From Leucoraja erinacea (lineage: Eukaryota): a DNA stretch of 64,000 nucleotides. The stretch is taken from contig NC_073404.1 of assembly GCF_028641065.1 (NCBI RefSeq), positions 13,392,001-13,456,000 on the forward strand. The letters are read 5' to 3'. Under the pieces are notes generated by a model that worked only from the letters and a program-made list of their open reading frames with translations, was not told the origin of the DNA and made no database searches. This document shows, piece after piece, positions 49,331-60,564 of the stretch. A program made the position numbers and the translations under genes. The first letter of the stretch is position 1, and each line of letters starts with the position of its first letter.

Positions 49331-50283
49331 CTAAACATTTTCATTTCTATAGCACCTCTCCCCTCCGTTAGGTCTTCCAAACGCTGAGCAGGCGTCAATG
49401 ATGTTCTAGAGTATCTGAGGCAAGGCAATGACAATAAGAAGCTTACATAGCAGGACTCCGGGCAGGGAGGGGCCGGACCGCCTGTTCCATGAGGTTGGCT
49501 AAGGGTTAACACTGGGCCCAGAGCATGGCGAAGCTCAATTCTCACAAAGTAGTGGTCACGGGATCTTTCCTTTCTGATGGAGAGAGCGGGCAGGTCACAG
49601 ACGGCCAGCGCCGCGCCCCCAGCGCAGTGCCACCAGTGCCGCGCCCCCCAGCGCAGCGCTGCCTCTGTGCTGGTACCAGTGTATGCTCTTGTAGCCTGGG
49701 ATTGAACCCTTGTCTCCGACTCCATGGACGACAGCACAGAGCAAGTCTGGTTCCTACTGTCCCCTCACGGGAACCTCTCCGCTTGGGGGATGGTCCACTC
49801 TCTCGCCGGCTCCTCTGATTGTGCGCCCATGTGTGATATGAACCTCCCTGCTCTCTCCCACAGCTCACCCGCGGCCCAGCTGCAGGTCACAGAATGCAAT
49901 CACCGTGCCCCACACCTCCTCCCCACACCACCTGGCTGTGATCAGCAACCTCACCCCTCACCACCCCTGCTGGAGGACGGCACAGTGGCGCAGCTGGCAG
50001 ACCTGCTGCCTCACGTTGCCAGAGACCCGGGTTCGACGCTGACCTCGGGTGCTGTCCATGTGGAGTTTGCATGTTCTCCCCGTGACCACGAGGGTTTCCT
50101 CCGAGTGCTCCAGTCTCCTCCCACATCTGAAAGGTATGCAGTCGAGGAGATTCATTTGCCTCTATAGATTGTCTTTAATGTATAGGGAGTGGGGGCGAAA
50201 GTGGAGTAACATAGAACTAGTGTGAACGCTTGGATAGACACAAAAAGCGGGACATGCAGCATCTCCGGAGTGAAGGGAGAATA

Positions 50284-50318
50284 GGTGACGTTTCGGGCCG
50301 AGACCCTTCTTCAGACTG
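50284..50318 (-). ncRNA. Minimal type-I hammerhead ribozyme motif in a Penelope-like repeat
   Basis: Minus strand reads CUGAAGA-A-GGGUCUCGGCCC-GAAA-CGUC^ACC. Core is intact; stem I is weak. Confidence 0.5.
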
Positions 50319-50955
50319 GTCTAGTGTGAACGCGTGATTGATAGATGGCATGCACTCGGTGGGCCGCGTGTTGACATGCTGTCTCTTTCAATAGACAGTA
50401 CAGCACAATAAGAGGCCCTTCAGCCCACAATGTCTGTGCCGAACATGATGCCAAGATCATCATTCAACTTCTCAAGCAGATCGCATGAGTAACCTGTCGC
50501 CCTCTTCCTGTTCCAGAGATTCGTGGTGGAAAAGATGAGACGCTGTCACCCAGAGGAGGTGCCCAGAGCAGCAAGTCAGAGAGTCTGAGGCCCGGCGGCC
50601 GAGAGCAGCACGCCAGCGGAAACCACACACTGCTCCTGGAGCCCGGAGCTGATGGAACACTAAGGTGCTGCTGCTGCTGCTGCAAACCGGAGAGGAAATG
50701 GTCAGAGTGGCTCTGTCGTCATTGATGAGAGTGGAGAAAGTGAGTGAACCGGTGAGAGCTCGAGGAAGGACGGGGAGAGAGAGAGAGGCACAGTGAGAGC
50801 GAGAAGCAGGAAAGAAAGCGACACAGGTGGAGGAAGAGAGGAAAGGAGACTCAGGGGACGGAAAGTTTGAAAAAGGACACAGAAAGAGAGAAACATTGAG
50901 ATAAAGAGAGGACAGTGGCAGTGCTGCGACAAGGTGTGAGAAGTGAGCGTGGACC

Positions 50956-50990
50956 ATGGTTACATCCAGAAGCAGCCTGCAGTCTGATGG
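50956..50990 (+). CDS. Kinase gene coding exon 1
   Basis: Kozak accATGg, MVTSRSSLQSD, donor GG|gtgagt phase 2, matching the next exon. Confidence 0.6.
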
Positions 50991-51232
50991 GTGAGTGATG
51001 GGGGGAGCATCGACTCCACACCCCCACGGTAATGTACCTTCTCTCACGCTCTGCTCTCTATTGACGAGGTTCTCACTGTCTCTGTTTTGTAGGGAAGACC
51101 ACACATAAGTCAGTGATTTGAAATCAGTATCTTCGTATTTTCACTTTATCGTCCAAGTCAGTCGTTGCCCCATCGAAGTGTGTGCGTGAGACCTGTTCCC
51201 CAGTGAGGGTCAGTGTGTGTGTGGGCGTGTGT

Positions 51233-51263
<31 letters not shown>

Positions 51264-54200
51264 GGGGGGGTGGGAGGACCTGTTCCCCAGTGAGGGCCAG
51301 TTTGTGTGTGTGTGCGCGCGCAACCCAGTGTGGGACTACAGTGAATGTTCAAAATTCCTAAGGATTGTGCAGAAATGCTGGGAATCGGGAATGGACACTA
51401 AAAGTGATGTCTGGTCAGAATTTAAGAAGCCTCTTCGATCCAACTCCCGATGGTCGTGGGGGGGGGGGGGGGGGGGGATGGGGGAGGGAGATAATAGGGG
51501 AGGGGGAATAGAGAGGGTGGGAAATAGGAGAGACGGAGGGATGGAAGAGCGAGATGGTGGGAAGAGGAGGGGAGAGAGAGGGGAGGGGAGAGAGAGAGGA
51601 AAGGCAGGGGAGAGAGGGAAGGTGAGAGAGAGGGAAAGTGGGAGAGAGAGAGGGAAGGAAGGGGAAAGAGAGGGAAGGAGGTGGAGAGAAAAAAAGTCAG
51701 GAAGCACAGAGCCCTGTGCAGTGGGTGTGACTGGGAGCTGGGTGTAGCCAGGAGTGGGTCTGTTTGTAGCCTGTGCTGGGCTTGGGGTGGGCGATGAAGA
51801 CAAGGGGCAGTAACCGCCCAGTGTGTGTGTGTGTTTCAGATGGCCGGCATCATCATCTCCAGCGACACTGATGACCAAAAACACCCTGCAGACCAACTAC
51901 TCCACCAGCGGGGACTCCACCACCAGCCTGGTTCAAACCACCAGCTCACACAGTGGTGAGGAAGAGAGGCAACGGGTGGGCAGTGGGAGTGGAGGGCGGG
52001 AGGGGATGTGGAGGGTGGGCTGGTTGGGATGAGAGTGATAGAGAAAGAGTGAGTGGAGAACTCTCCAGCTATGTACAGTCTCACAATCCAGGTGGGTCCT
52101 CTATATTGTGACCAGCTGCTGGGGCAATGTTTACTGCTCTCGGAGAGTGAAACTCTCCCCCTCTCCCCTGCACCCCCCCCCCTCCCCTCCTCTCCTCTGT
52201 CTTCACCTCCCTCCCTCCCCCCCCCCCCCCCCCCCAGCCCCACCTCCCTCCCCTGCCACTTCATTCTTCCCTGTCCCACACCCTGTTTCACCTTCCTCCT
52301 CCCTGTCTCCCCCCCCCCCCCTTTTCCGAACTCTCAACCCTCCCTCTCACCCCCTTTCCTCCTTCTGTCCTCTCCCAACCTCTCCCCCCCCCCTCTCTAA
52401 CCCAACCCCCATTCCTCTCTGCCCCCTCTAACACCCTCGATGTTTTGCAGCAGGTTCGGGACCCACCCGCTACCTATGGCTGCTCCTGCCCGTGATCCTG
52501 GTGTCGGGGATCCTCGCCTTCCTCGCCATGTACACCCTGAGGTGAGTCCCCCTCCCCTCCCGATCCCACAGAGTCACGGATATTTACAGCGCAGGGATGC
52601 CCTTCGGCCCATCGTTCCTTCACTTGCACCCACCATCCAACCCCATGGTGCAGCGGTAGAGTTGCTGCTCCACAGTACCAATGACTGGGCTCGATCTGAC
52701 TCCGGGTGCTTGTCTGCACGGAGTTTGGGGGAGAACACGAGAGGAGCCAGTGCGGGATACTTTGTAACGTTGTCAGCGCCCTTTATGTGGTGACTATTTG
52801 CATACCTTCGGTGTCCAAGCAAAGAACTTCACTGTGACTTGTCACGTGTGACAGTAAAGCATTCATTCACATTCTCCCTCTGATCACGTGGGTTTCCTCC
52901 AGGATCTCTAGTTTCCTCACAAAATCCAAAGACGTACAGGTTTGCAGGTTAATTGGGATTGGTAAAGATTGTAAATTGTCCCAAGTGTATGTAGGAGCCC
53001 CTGTCCCACTTAGGAAACCTGAACAGAAACCTCTGGAGACTTTGCGCCCCACCCAAGGTATCCGTGCGGTTCCCAGAGGTTTTTGTCAGTCTCCCTAATG
53101 GTCGAAAGTGGTTTCCACTTCTTCTATGTTCCGGCGATTATTCCAAAAATTCAAAACGGGCCGCGACTAAAAATAGGTTGCCGTTTTAAAAATCGGCAAT
53201 TTTTTAGTCGAAGCCGGTTGTGATGCTAGTTGAAGTTGGTTGCCGGAGGTCGCAGGTGTTTGCCGGAGGTTGCAGGTAGTGGAAGGTAAGACCTCCGGGA
53301 ACCGCACGGAAACCTTGGGTGAGGCGCAAAGTCTCCAGAGGTTTCCGCTCAGGTTTCCTAAGTGCGACAGGGGCATTGTAGTGTGAGGTGATCGCTGGTC
53401 GGTGCAGACTCGGTGAGCTGAAGAGTCTGTTTCCGCGCTGTATCTCTGAAGTTTAACGTAAAGTCTAAAGTCATCCATCCGGGTTAGGAATTCAAAGCAG
53501 TGGACAAGGACCCAGAACCGATGCCCCAATAAACAATCTGAAAGATTATTCCAACCGCCTTCCTTCAGTCCCTCTGAAAAGAGTAACCTCTCATCTCATT
53601 CACTATTCAGGAAGAGGAGGAAAGGCCGGAAAGGAGGATCGGTGGCGTGGCAGCAAAGATCAGGCGCGGAAGGCAGGCAACTGATGGTGAAGGTTCTGCC
53701 CCCGCTGCAGGATGCGGCTCCCAGGCGAGGAGACAGCAGGGAGTTAATGAAAGCACGGCAACCAGCCCGAGCAGCCACCCTGCAGGTACACTCGCCCATC
53801 TGGGGCTGCTGCAAACACAGCTGGGGTAATGGTGGGGACCCTGTACATAGGGCCGGAATAACAGTGGGATCCTGGTACACAGGGCCGGAGTAACAGTGGG
53901 ATCCTGGTACACAGGGCCGGAGTAACAGTAGGATCCTGGTACACAGAGCTGGTGTTAACAGTGGGGACTGTGTCCACAGGTTATGTACACGGGGCTGGAA
54001 TATCAGTGGCGATTGTGTACTCAGGGCTGGTATAACAGTGGAGGCCATGTACAGAGGGCTTGTATATCAATGGTGGACCGTGAACTGAGATATCAATGAG
54101 GGCTGTCACATGGCATATCTACACCAGGACTGGTATATCAGTGGGTGTACATGGGGCTTATGTGCACAGGACTGATATATCAGTGGGGACAGCGTACAAT

Positions 54201-57200
54201 GGGTATCATTTATTAGTGTATGCTGAGCTTGAGTGAGAGAGGAGCTTACACACAGCATTTTGTCCCCACAGCGGGCCCACTTCACAGTGCAGGACCTGTC
54301 GCTGCTCGAGGTGCTCAAGGTGGGGCAGCTGGGCCGCATCTACCGGGCCAAGATCACCAGGGGCAACTGCAGGGGTCACCGGCTGGTGACCTGCAAACTC
54401 ACCATGAGGAGTGAGTACAGCCCCGCTCCGCTGTCTCTGATCACTCGTGTCTGATCTGAAAACTTACAGCGCTCCCTCACCGCTCCTCCCACAGCGCGGC
54501 GCTCCCTCACCGTCTCTCCCACAGTGCGGCGCCCCCTCACCGCTCCTCCCCCATCCCCTCCCACATCCCCTTCCACAACGCGACGCTCCCTCACCGCTCC
54601 TCCCACAGCGCGACGCTCCCTCAGTGCCCCTCCCACAGCGCGGCGCTCCCTCATCACCGTTCCCACATCCCCTCCCACGGCGGGGTGCTCCCTCACCGCC
54701 CCTCCCACAGCGCGGCGCTCCCTCACCGCTCCTCCCACAAGCGTATTCCTCTGAGAATGTGGAACTCCTCTAAGCTGCTGGAGTGAAAACCATTGGAGGG
54801 GTATTGAGTGAAGGGTAGAGGGGGGGAATGGTGGACAGCACGAAGCGTCGGTGGAGAGCGGACGCACATCCACTTCCCCGGGCATATACACTCACCTGCC
54901 AACGTAACACTGTGCTCCCCTCCCCAGCACCACCTCGCCCGATATCTAATCCAGCCTAGGGCTGAACCCCGACCTTTCCTGCTTCATCGAAGGGCCGAAT
55001 GGCCGAATGGCCTGCTCCTGTACCTATTTTCTATGTTTCTCTTCCACAGCCGTGTCCCAGAAGAAGCTGCAGTCGGAAATCAACATCATGAAGAAACTCG
55101 GGTACCACAAGAACGTGATCCAACTGCTGGAGTGGAACGTACTGGAAGGTGAGAGCGTGGACGCAGTGTGGGACTGGCCGGGTGACTCTGAGGCCGAGAC
55201 TCCGTGTGACCCTGCAGGGAGGAACGGCTTGCCGAAGGAAATGTGAATGGGGACGAGTGAATACTCCTCACAGGTAGACAAAAATGCTGGAGAAACTCAG
55301 CGGGTGCAGCAGCATCTATAGAGCGAAGGGAATAGGCACTGAGTGACCCTGGGCCACCGACTGGTTACACGTTACCCAAGTGTGAGAAGTATTCAAGTAG
55401 GAACTGAAGATGCTGGAGGAACTCAGCGGGTGCAGCAGCATCTATGGAGCGAAGGGAATAGGCAACGTTTCGGGCCGAAACCCAACAGGTTTCGGCCCGA
55501 AACATTGCCTATTTCCTTTGCTCCATAGATGCTGCTGCACCCGCTGAGTTGCTCCAGCATTTTTGTCTACCTATGAAACGTTGCCTATTTCCTTCGCTCC
55601 ATAGATGCTGGCTGCACCCGCGGAGTTTCTCCAGCATTTTTGTCTACCTTCGATTTTCCAGCATCTGCAGTTCCTACTTGAATACATCTCACACTTGGGT
55701 AACGTGTAACCCAGGGTCACTCAGTGCCGGGGTCTCACATTTTGGGGCTGTATGTATGAATGAGTCAGGTAAGGGCACAGTGTTGCTGGGACCACAGGCC
55801 GCTGGTGCATAGACAGTGAGTCAACGGGAGAGATGATGTCTACACCCCTGCACTACACCCATCTAGAGCTTGAGAACAAAAGACACAGGAGCAAGATTAG
55901 ACTATTTAGCCCATCGAGTCTGCTCCCACCATTCGATCCTGGCTGATCTATTTATCCCTCTCAACCCCATCCCCCCGTGACCTTTGATGCCCTTACTAAT
56001 CAAGCTGCCCTGGACATTTTAATGATTGTTTTTACTGTATTTTAATGTTGCTGTTTTACCTGCTTTTAACTATTTATACTGTTTCATCAGGGACTGGATT
56101 GTTTTTACTGTTATTATGTGTGAAATGTTTTAAGTTTCATGTGCGATGCTCCGGTATTCCCTGGGGAATGAGAAATGTCTTCTCATTTCGCACTGTACAA
56201 CTGTTGCTTTGCAAGATGACAATAAAGGTTGATTGATTGATTGAAGAAGCTGCTTCTGAGGAGGAATGTCTTCTCTCCCAGGGCAGTGAATCTCTAGAAT
56301 CCTCTCTACAACTGGAGGCAAGAGTCGCTGAACATATTGAAGGTGGTGATTGATGGGTTGGGAGGCCAGTGGGGATGGGGAGGGAGTAGAGAGTTGTACT
56401 CAGCTCGAGGCTGGAGCTGACAAGATGTTATTGTGTGGTGGATCAGGCTGCAGGGTGATTGGTGACCTCCTGCTCCTGCTGACCTTGTCTGCTGGCTGTT
56501 TCTGCAGAGCCGTACATACTGATCATGGAACACGTGGGAACCCAGAACCTGAAGAGCTTCCTACAGAGCCACAGGTCAGAGCTGTGCAGCTGCAAGGACC
56601 TGCCGACCCAGCTGACCATGGCCGGTTACTTCATCTCGCTGGGCATGGAACACATCGCCTCCAAAAAGGTAAAGGACAGCCACGGCCGTGCGTGGGCAGC
56701 ATGGCACGTTGATCCCACCCGGCCTGGTTCAGCTACACCCACCTTGACTTGGCACAGCACCACTTGGCATGGTTGAGTTTGGTGTGACCCATCTCCCCAT
56801 TGGCATGACTCGGCTTGACAGCAAGATCCGTGGCGTGTTCCTGCTCAACCTGGTGGCTTGGCTTGTGGAAACAAACAAAGTACTGCAGATGCTGGTTAAT
56901 ACACAAAAGGAGCACTAAATGTTATACATTACTAAAAGATGCTAACAAATGAATGCTTCATCTGGAAGGCCCGTTTGGGTCCCTGGTTGGTGGGAAGAAC
57001 TGAGGTAAAGGTACTCCTGCTGGAGTAAGTCAGCAGGTCAGGCAGCATCCATCTTCTCCAGAGATGCTACCTGACCTGCTGAGTTACTCCAGCACTTTGT
57101 GTCCTTTTCTGGCCTGGCTGTGCTCACTTTGGTCCAGCTTGGACTGGATGGTTCTGCATGGCTTAGCTTGGCCTGATGCGGTGTGGGTCGGCTGCAGATG

Positions 57201-60200
57201 TGCTTGTGTGGACTGAGATCCCTAACGCTGCCTATCGTTTCCAGATAGCTCACCGGGACTTGGCTGCAAGGAACATCCTGGTTGGTCGCTTTCCCCAGGA
57301 GTGTAAAATTGCCGAATTCAGCCTGGCCGCCGATGTGTCCTTTCCCGGAGCAACCAGGCAGAAGAAAGGGAACGGGGTGAGCAACTTGGAGGTGCTGAAG
57401 TGGGGGCAGTGTGTGTGGGGTCTGGTCACAGAATATACAGTGACAGACCCATCCCCGCCAGTACTGCACCTCAGTGTTATACAGTGTCAGACCCGTCCCC
57501 ACCAGTCCTGTACCCCAGTGTTATACAGTGACAGACCCGTCCCCACCAGTACTGCACCCCAGTGTTGTACAGTAACGTCTCTCTCACACCTCAGCTTCCT
57601 TCCTGTAAAGCCATGACTACACCTGCACACCATATTCCAAATATTGCCTCACCAAGGTTTTGTACAGCTGCTGTAGCATGTTTTTTTTTAATTTTATACC
57701 CAATGCCCAGGAAGTAAGCATACAGTCCACCCTATTTATCACTCTATCTAATTATGTCATCAGTTTCCGGGAACCATGCACTTGTATCCCAAGCTCCCTC
57801 TGTACATCGATGCTGTGCAGGGTAATGTCATTAACTGTATATACTTCCCCCGACATCTCAAAGCGCAAAACCTCACACTTGTCCAGATTGAACTGCATCT
57901 GCCACTTCTCTGCCCTCATTTCCAATGCTCTCTATATTGTGCTACATCCTGCCGACACTCCGCCAACTGTTGTGTCCTCTCTCTGTTGTGTAGAATTTGA
58001 GCATCCCGTTCCGGTGGTACCCCCCGGAATACTTCAAGGACGGGGTTTACAACCTGCAGGGAGACGTCTGGGCTTTCGGCATCTTGCTCTGGGAGCTGCA
58101 TAGTTTGGGTAAGAACAATGAACAATTTGATGTCCACCCTGTTGCATCCTGAACCCCAATACCCCAGCACTGTCCCTTCACCAAATCAAGAGTCAAGAGT
58201 GTTTAATTGTCGTGGATACCGACAACGGAAGAATGAAATTCTTACTTGCAGCAACAGCACAACAAGCTTGTAAACGCAGTACTCAATATTTAACATAATA
58301 AACAAATATAAATCTATAAACGAATAAAGCCAATACGAGTGCAAATCCTCACTCCAACGTCATCCTCCTACCCAAGAAAATGGACACATAAAGTTGGAGT
58401 AACACAGTGGGTCGGGCAGCGCCTCAGGAAAAAAGGAATAGGTGACGTTTCGGGTCGAGATCCTTCTTCAGACTGAGAATCAGGGGAAAGGGGAATTAGA
58501 GATATAGGAGGTACATAATCTGCCCTTCTCCCCAAACTCCCACATCTCCTCCACACGACACTCCCACAAAGACTACCCTCTCGAACATTCCCCTCTGCTC
58601 TGCCCCGTTTTCAACTCTCTCCCCCCCCCCCACCCCCTCTCTCGCTGCTCCACACTCCTCTCCCCATCTGTGTCCCTGAGGCCCTATGAGTGGCCTTGAA
58701 GTATTTGGGAGCGAGCAATGATCTCTTCAAGAGTGGGGTCAGCACAGTGGCACAAGTTTGTACTTTCTCCCCATGACCATGTGGGTTTTCTCCAGGTGCT
58801 CGGGTTTCCTCCCTCACTCCAAAGACGTACAGGATTGTAGGCTAATTGGCTTCTGTACATTGCAACTTGTCCCTAATGTGTCGCATAGTGCTAGTATATG
58901 GGGTGATCACTGGTGGGCGTGACTCGGTGGGCCAGTGGGCCTGTTTCCACGCTGTATCGCTAAAGTTTAGTGAAGTCTAAAGAGGTGAACAAATCCCTGG
59001 GCCTTGCTCTTCGTTGGTGGGGGCAGGGGTGGATACAGCGTGCCCCTCCCTGGTTTCTAGGGCTTCCCTGGGCGAGACAAGCAGCTGGTCTCAGTGTTGC
59101 TCGGTGAGGTGCTCCTGACACAGGTTCTCGTGGGCACACTGATCCCGTTTCACTTCTTCACACAGGGAGCTCGCCCTACCCGGAGTTCGAGACGGCAAAG
59201 GAGGTTGTGTACAACGTCTGTTTCGGATACAAGATGAAGGCCCCCCTGGGCTGTCGACAAGAAGTGTACGTATGCACACTCTCTGCGGACCCACTGTGCA
59301 TTCCAGCCACCCCCCACCTCTGTCCCCATCTCTGCCCCTGACTCAATGATCATCTGACGATATCACTCCAACTGCTGAGAGTGGTCAGTGGGGCAGCACT
59401 GGAGGAGCCGCACTCTCAGAGGAATACTCCTGTGGGAGGGGCGGTGAGGGGGCACCGCGCTGCGGGAGGGGCGGTGAGGAGGGAGTGCCACACCACATGA
59501 TGATGCATCTCTCCCTTGCCTGATGTCCCAGAGTTGCAAAGTCAGGAGGATCTCTCCTCTGAATTGAATCCCTCTTATTAGTCTTTACCCCAGGTCCCAA
59601 TTGTGTGCTCTTTGTTTGTTTTGCTTTCAAATAACTACATGAAGACATCGACTTAACATAAATGAAAACATCATTCAGGTGGCACAGTAAGTGGTGCAGC
59701 GGTAGAGTTGCTGCTTTACAGCGCCAGAGACCCGGGTTCGAACCTGACTAAGGGGCAGACAGTCGGCTCTGGTGGTCCCCACACCTGTGGCCTATCCCAG
59801 GGAGCAGGACAATACGAACCTCCCTGTCCACTTACCCTCCCCCCCCCCCTGTCCATGCCAGGTGCCCAAAGGCCAGGGACATGCAACCTAGGAGCAGGAC
59901 CTTCAGTTACTGACCCCGGGGTCAGTAAGTAGCGGTCGGAGCCCGGGTGCCCTGGGATGGTGCGGTGGGCAGTGGGGAGGTTCCCGGTGTGGAGATGACG
60001 GTGTCAGCGACGCTGGGCTGTCTAAGAGTTGCTCTCGTTCCCCAGGTACGAGGTGATGGAGTACTGCTGGACACACGGGCACGAGGAGAGGCCCATATTC
60101 AGCGACATCACCAAATACCTGGAGGCTGTGGTGGAGAACGATGCGGTAAGTGGGTAGAGGTGGGGCAATGGGGGGAGGGTGGGGGTGTGTCCTGTGGAGT

Positions 60201-60564
60201 GCTGGGCTGTGGACTCTGGAGGGAGTGAGTGAGTGGTGGGCGGGGGGTTACTGCTGGTCCTGTGTGCACTGACCGAACTTACACCCTGAGGGCACCTTCA
60301 GGGTCTGTACCTCGGGGGGGAGTCAGTACCTTCAGGGACTGTACCCTGGGGTGGGTCGATGCATTTACGGACCGTATCCCAGGGAGTGTGGTCTTCAGCG
60401 AGCGGGACCTCAATGTATCCGCATTAACCCTCTGAACCATCTTCCTTCAGGACTACATTCAGGTGGAGGACTGCTTTGAGCAGCACGTGCCGCTGAGCTG
60501 CTCCCCTCCCTGGACCCAGCGTGAGGACAAGACCCACGTCAGTGGCTGGCTCGACTCAGTCTGA
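50956..60564 (+). CDS. Single-pass transmembrane tyrosine-kinase-like protein (STYK1/NOK-like architecture, probable pseudokinase), join(50956-50990,51840-51955,52451-52541,53611-53785,54272-54410,55050-55148,56508-56668,57245-57376,57994-58108,59166-59265,60046-60145,60451-60564), ~458 aa
   Basis: Tyrosine-kinase motifs HRDLAARNILV, IPFRWYPPE, DVWAFGILLWE, GSSPYP and YEVMEYCW...ERPIF. TM segment YLWLLLPVILVSGILAFLAMYTL is followed by RKRRKGRK. All 11 introns are GT-AG and phase-consistent. Confidence 0.88.
51840..51955 (+). CDS. Kinase gene exon 2 (short Ser/Thr-rich ectodomain)
   Basis: WPASSSPATLMTKNTLQTNYSTSGDSTTSLVQTTSSHS; phase 2-1; NYS sequon. Confidence 0.7.
52451..52541 (+). CDS. 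Kinase gene exon 3 (transmembrane helix)
   Basis: GSGPTRYLWLLLPVILVSGILAFLAMYTL; NAGNAG acceptor; donor gtgagt. Confidence 0.8.
52997..53374. mobile_element. Non-autonomous DNA transposon (MITE, possibly Harbinger-like) nested in a V-SINE
   Basis: ~95-bp terminal inverted repeats GCCCCTGTCCCACTTAGGAAACCTG... / ...CAGGTTTCCTAAGTGCGACAGGGGC, with SINE sequence continuing on both sides. Confidence 0.75.
53611..53785 (+). CDS. Kinase gene exon 4 (basic juxtamembrane region)
   Basis: KRRKGRKGGSVAWQQ...ARAATLQ; phase 2-0. Confidence 0.75.
53835..54200. repeat. ~32-bp minisatellite decaying 3'-wards
   Basis: Unit ACAGGGCCGGAGTAACAGTGGGATCCTGGTAC. Confidence 0.85.
54272..54410 (+). CDS. Kinase gene exon 5 (Gly loop, beta3 Lys)
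   Basis: LLEVLKVGQLGRIYRAKI...LVTCKLTMR; phase 0-1. Confidence 0.88.
54468..54740. repeat. 30-bp tandem repeat (GCGCGGCGCTCCCTCACCGCTCCTCCCACA), a family dispersed through the window
   Basis: About 8 units here; related units at 9394-9482, 27950-28180, 31250-31340, 34370-34460 and 59430-59480. Confidence 0.85.
55050..55148 (+). CDS. Kinase gene exon 6 (helix C)
   Basis: VSQKKLQSEINIMKKLGYHKNVIQLLEWNVLE; phase 1-1. Confidence 0.9.
56508..56668 (+). CDS. Kinase gene exon 7 (hinge to helix E)
   Basis: PYILIMEHVGTQNLKSFLQ...ISLGMEHIASKK; phase 1-0. Confidence 0.9.
57245..57376 (+). CDS. Kinase gene exon 8 (catalytic loop; EFS in place of DFG)
   Basis: IAHRDLAARNILVGRFPQECKIAEFSLAADV...; phase 0-0. 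Confidence 0.93.
57436..57575. repeat. 44-bp tandem repeat, 3 copies
   Basis: Unit TACAGTGACAGACCCGTCCCCACCAGTACTGCACCCCAGTGTTA. Confidence 0.85.
57994..58108 (+). CDS. Kinase gene exon 9
   Basis: NLSIPFRWYPPEYFKDGVYNLQGDVWAFGILLWELHSL; phase 0-1. Confidence 0.92.
59166..59265 (+). CDS. Kinase gene exon 10
   Basis: GSSPYPEFETAKEVVYNVCFGYKMKAPLGCRQE; phase 1-2. Confidence 0.9.
60046..60145 (+). CDS. Kinase gene exon 11
   Basis: YEVMEYCWTHGHEERPIFSDITKYLEAVVENDA; phase 2-0, donor gtaagt. Confidence 0.9.
60451..60564 (+). CDS. Kinase gene last exon
   Basis: cttccttcag|DYIQVEDCFEQHVPLSCSPPWTQREDKTHVSGWLDSV*. Confidence 0.78.
   Translation, partial: DYIQVEDCFEQHVPLSCSPPWTQREDKTHVSGWLDSV

Noticed and set aside
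50517-50726. Open frame with a poly-Cys (TGC)6 stretch upstream of the kinase ATG
   Set aside because: It ends in a stop and does not splice in frame to the kinase exons. More likely 5' UTR microsatellite.
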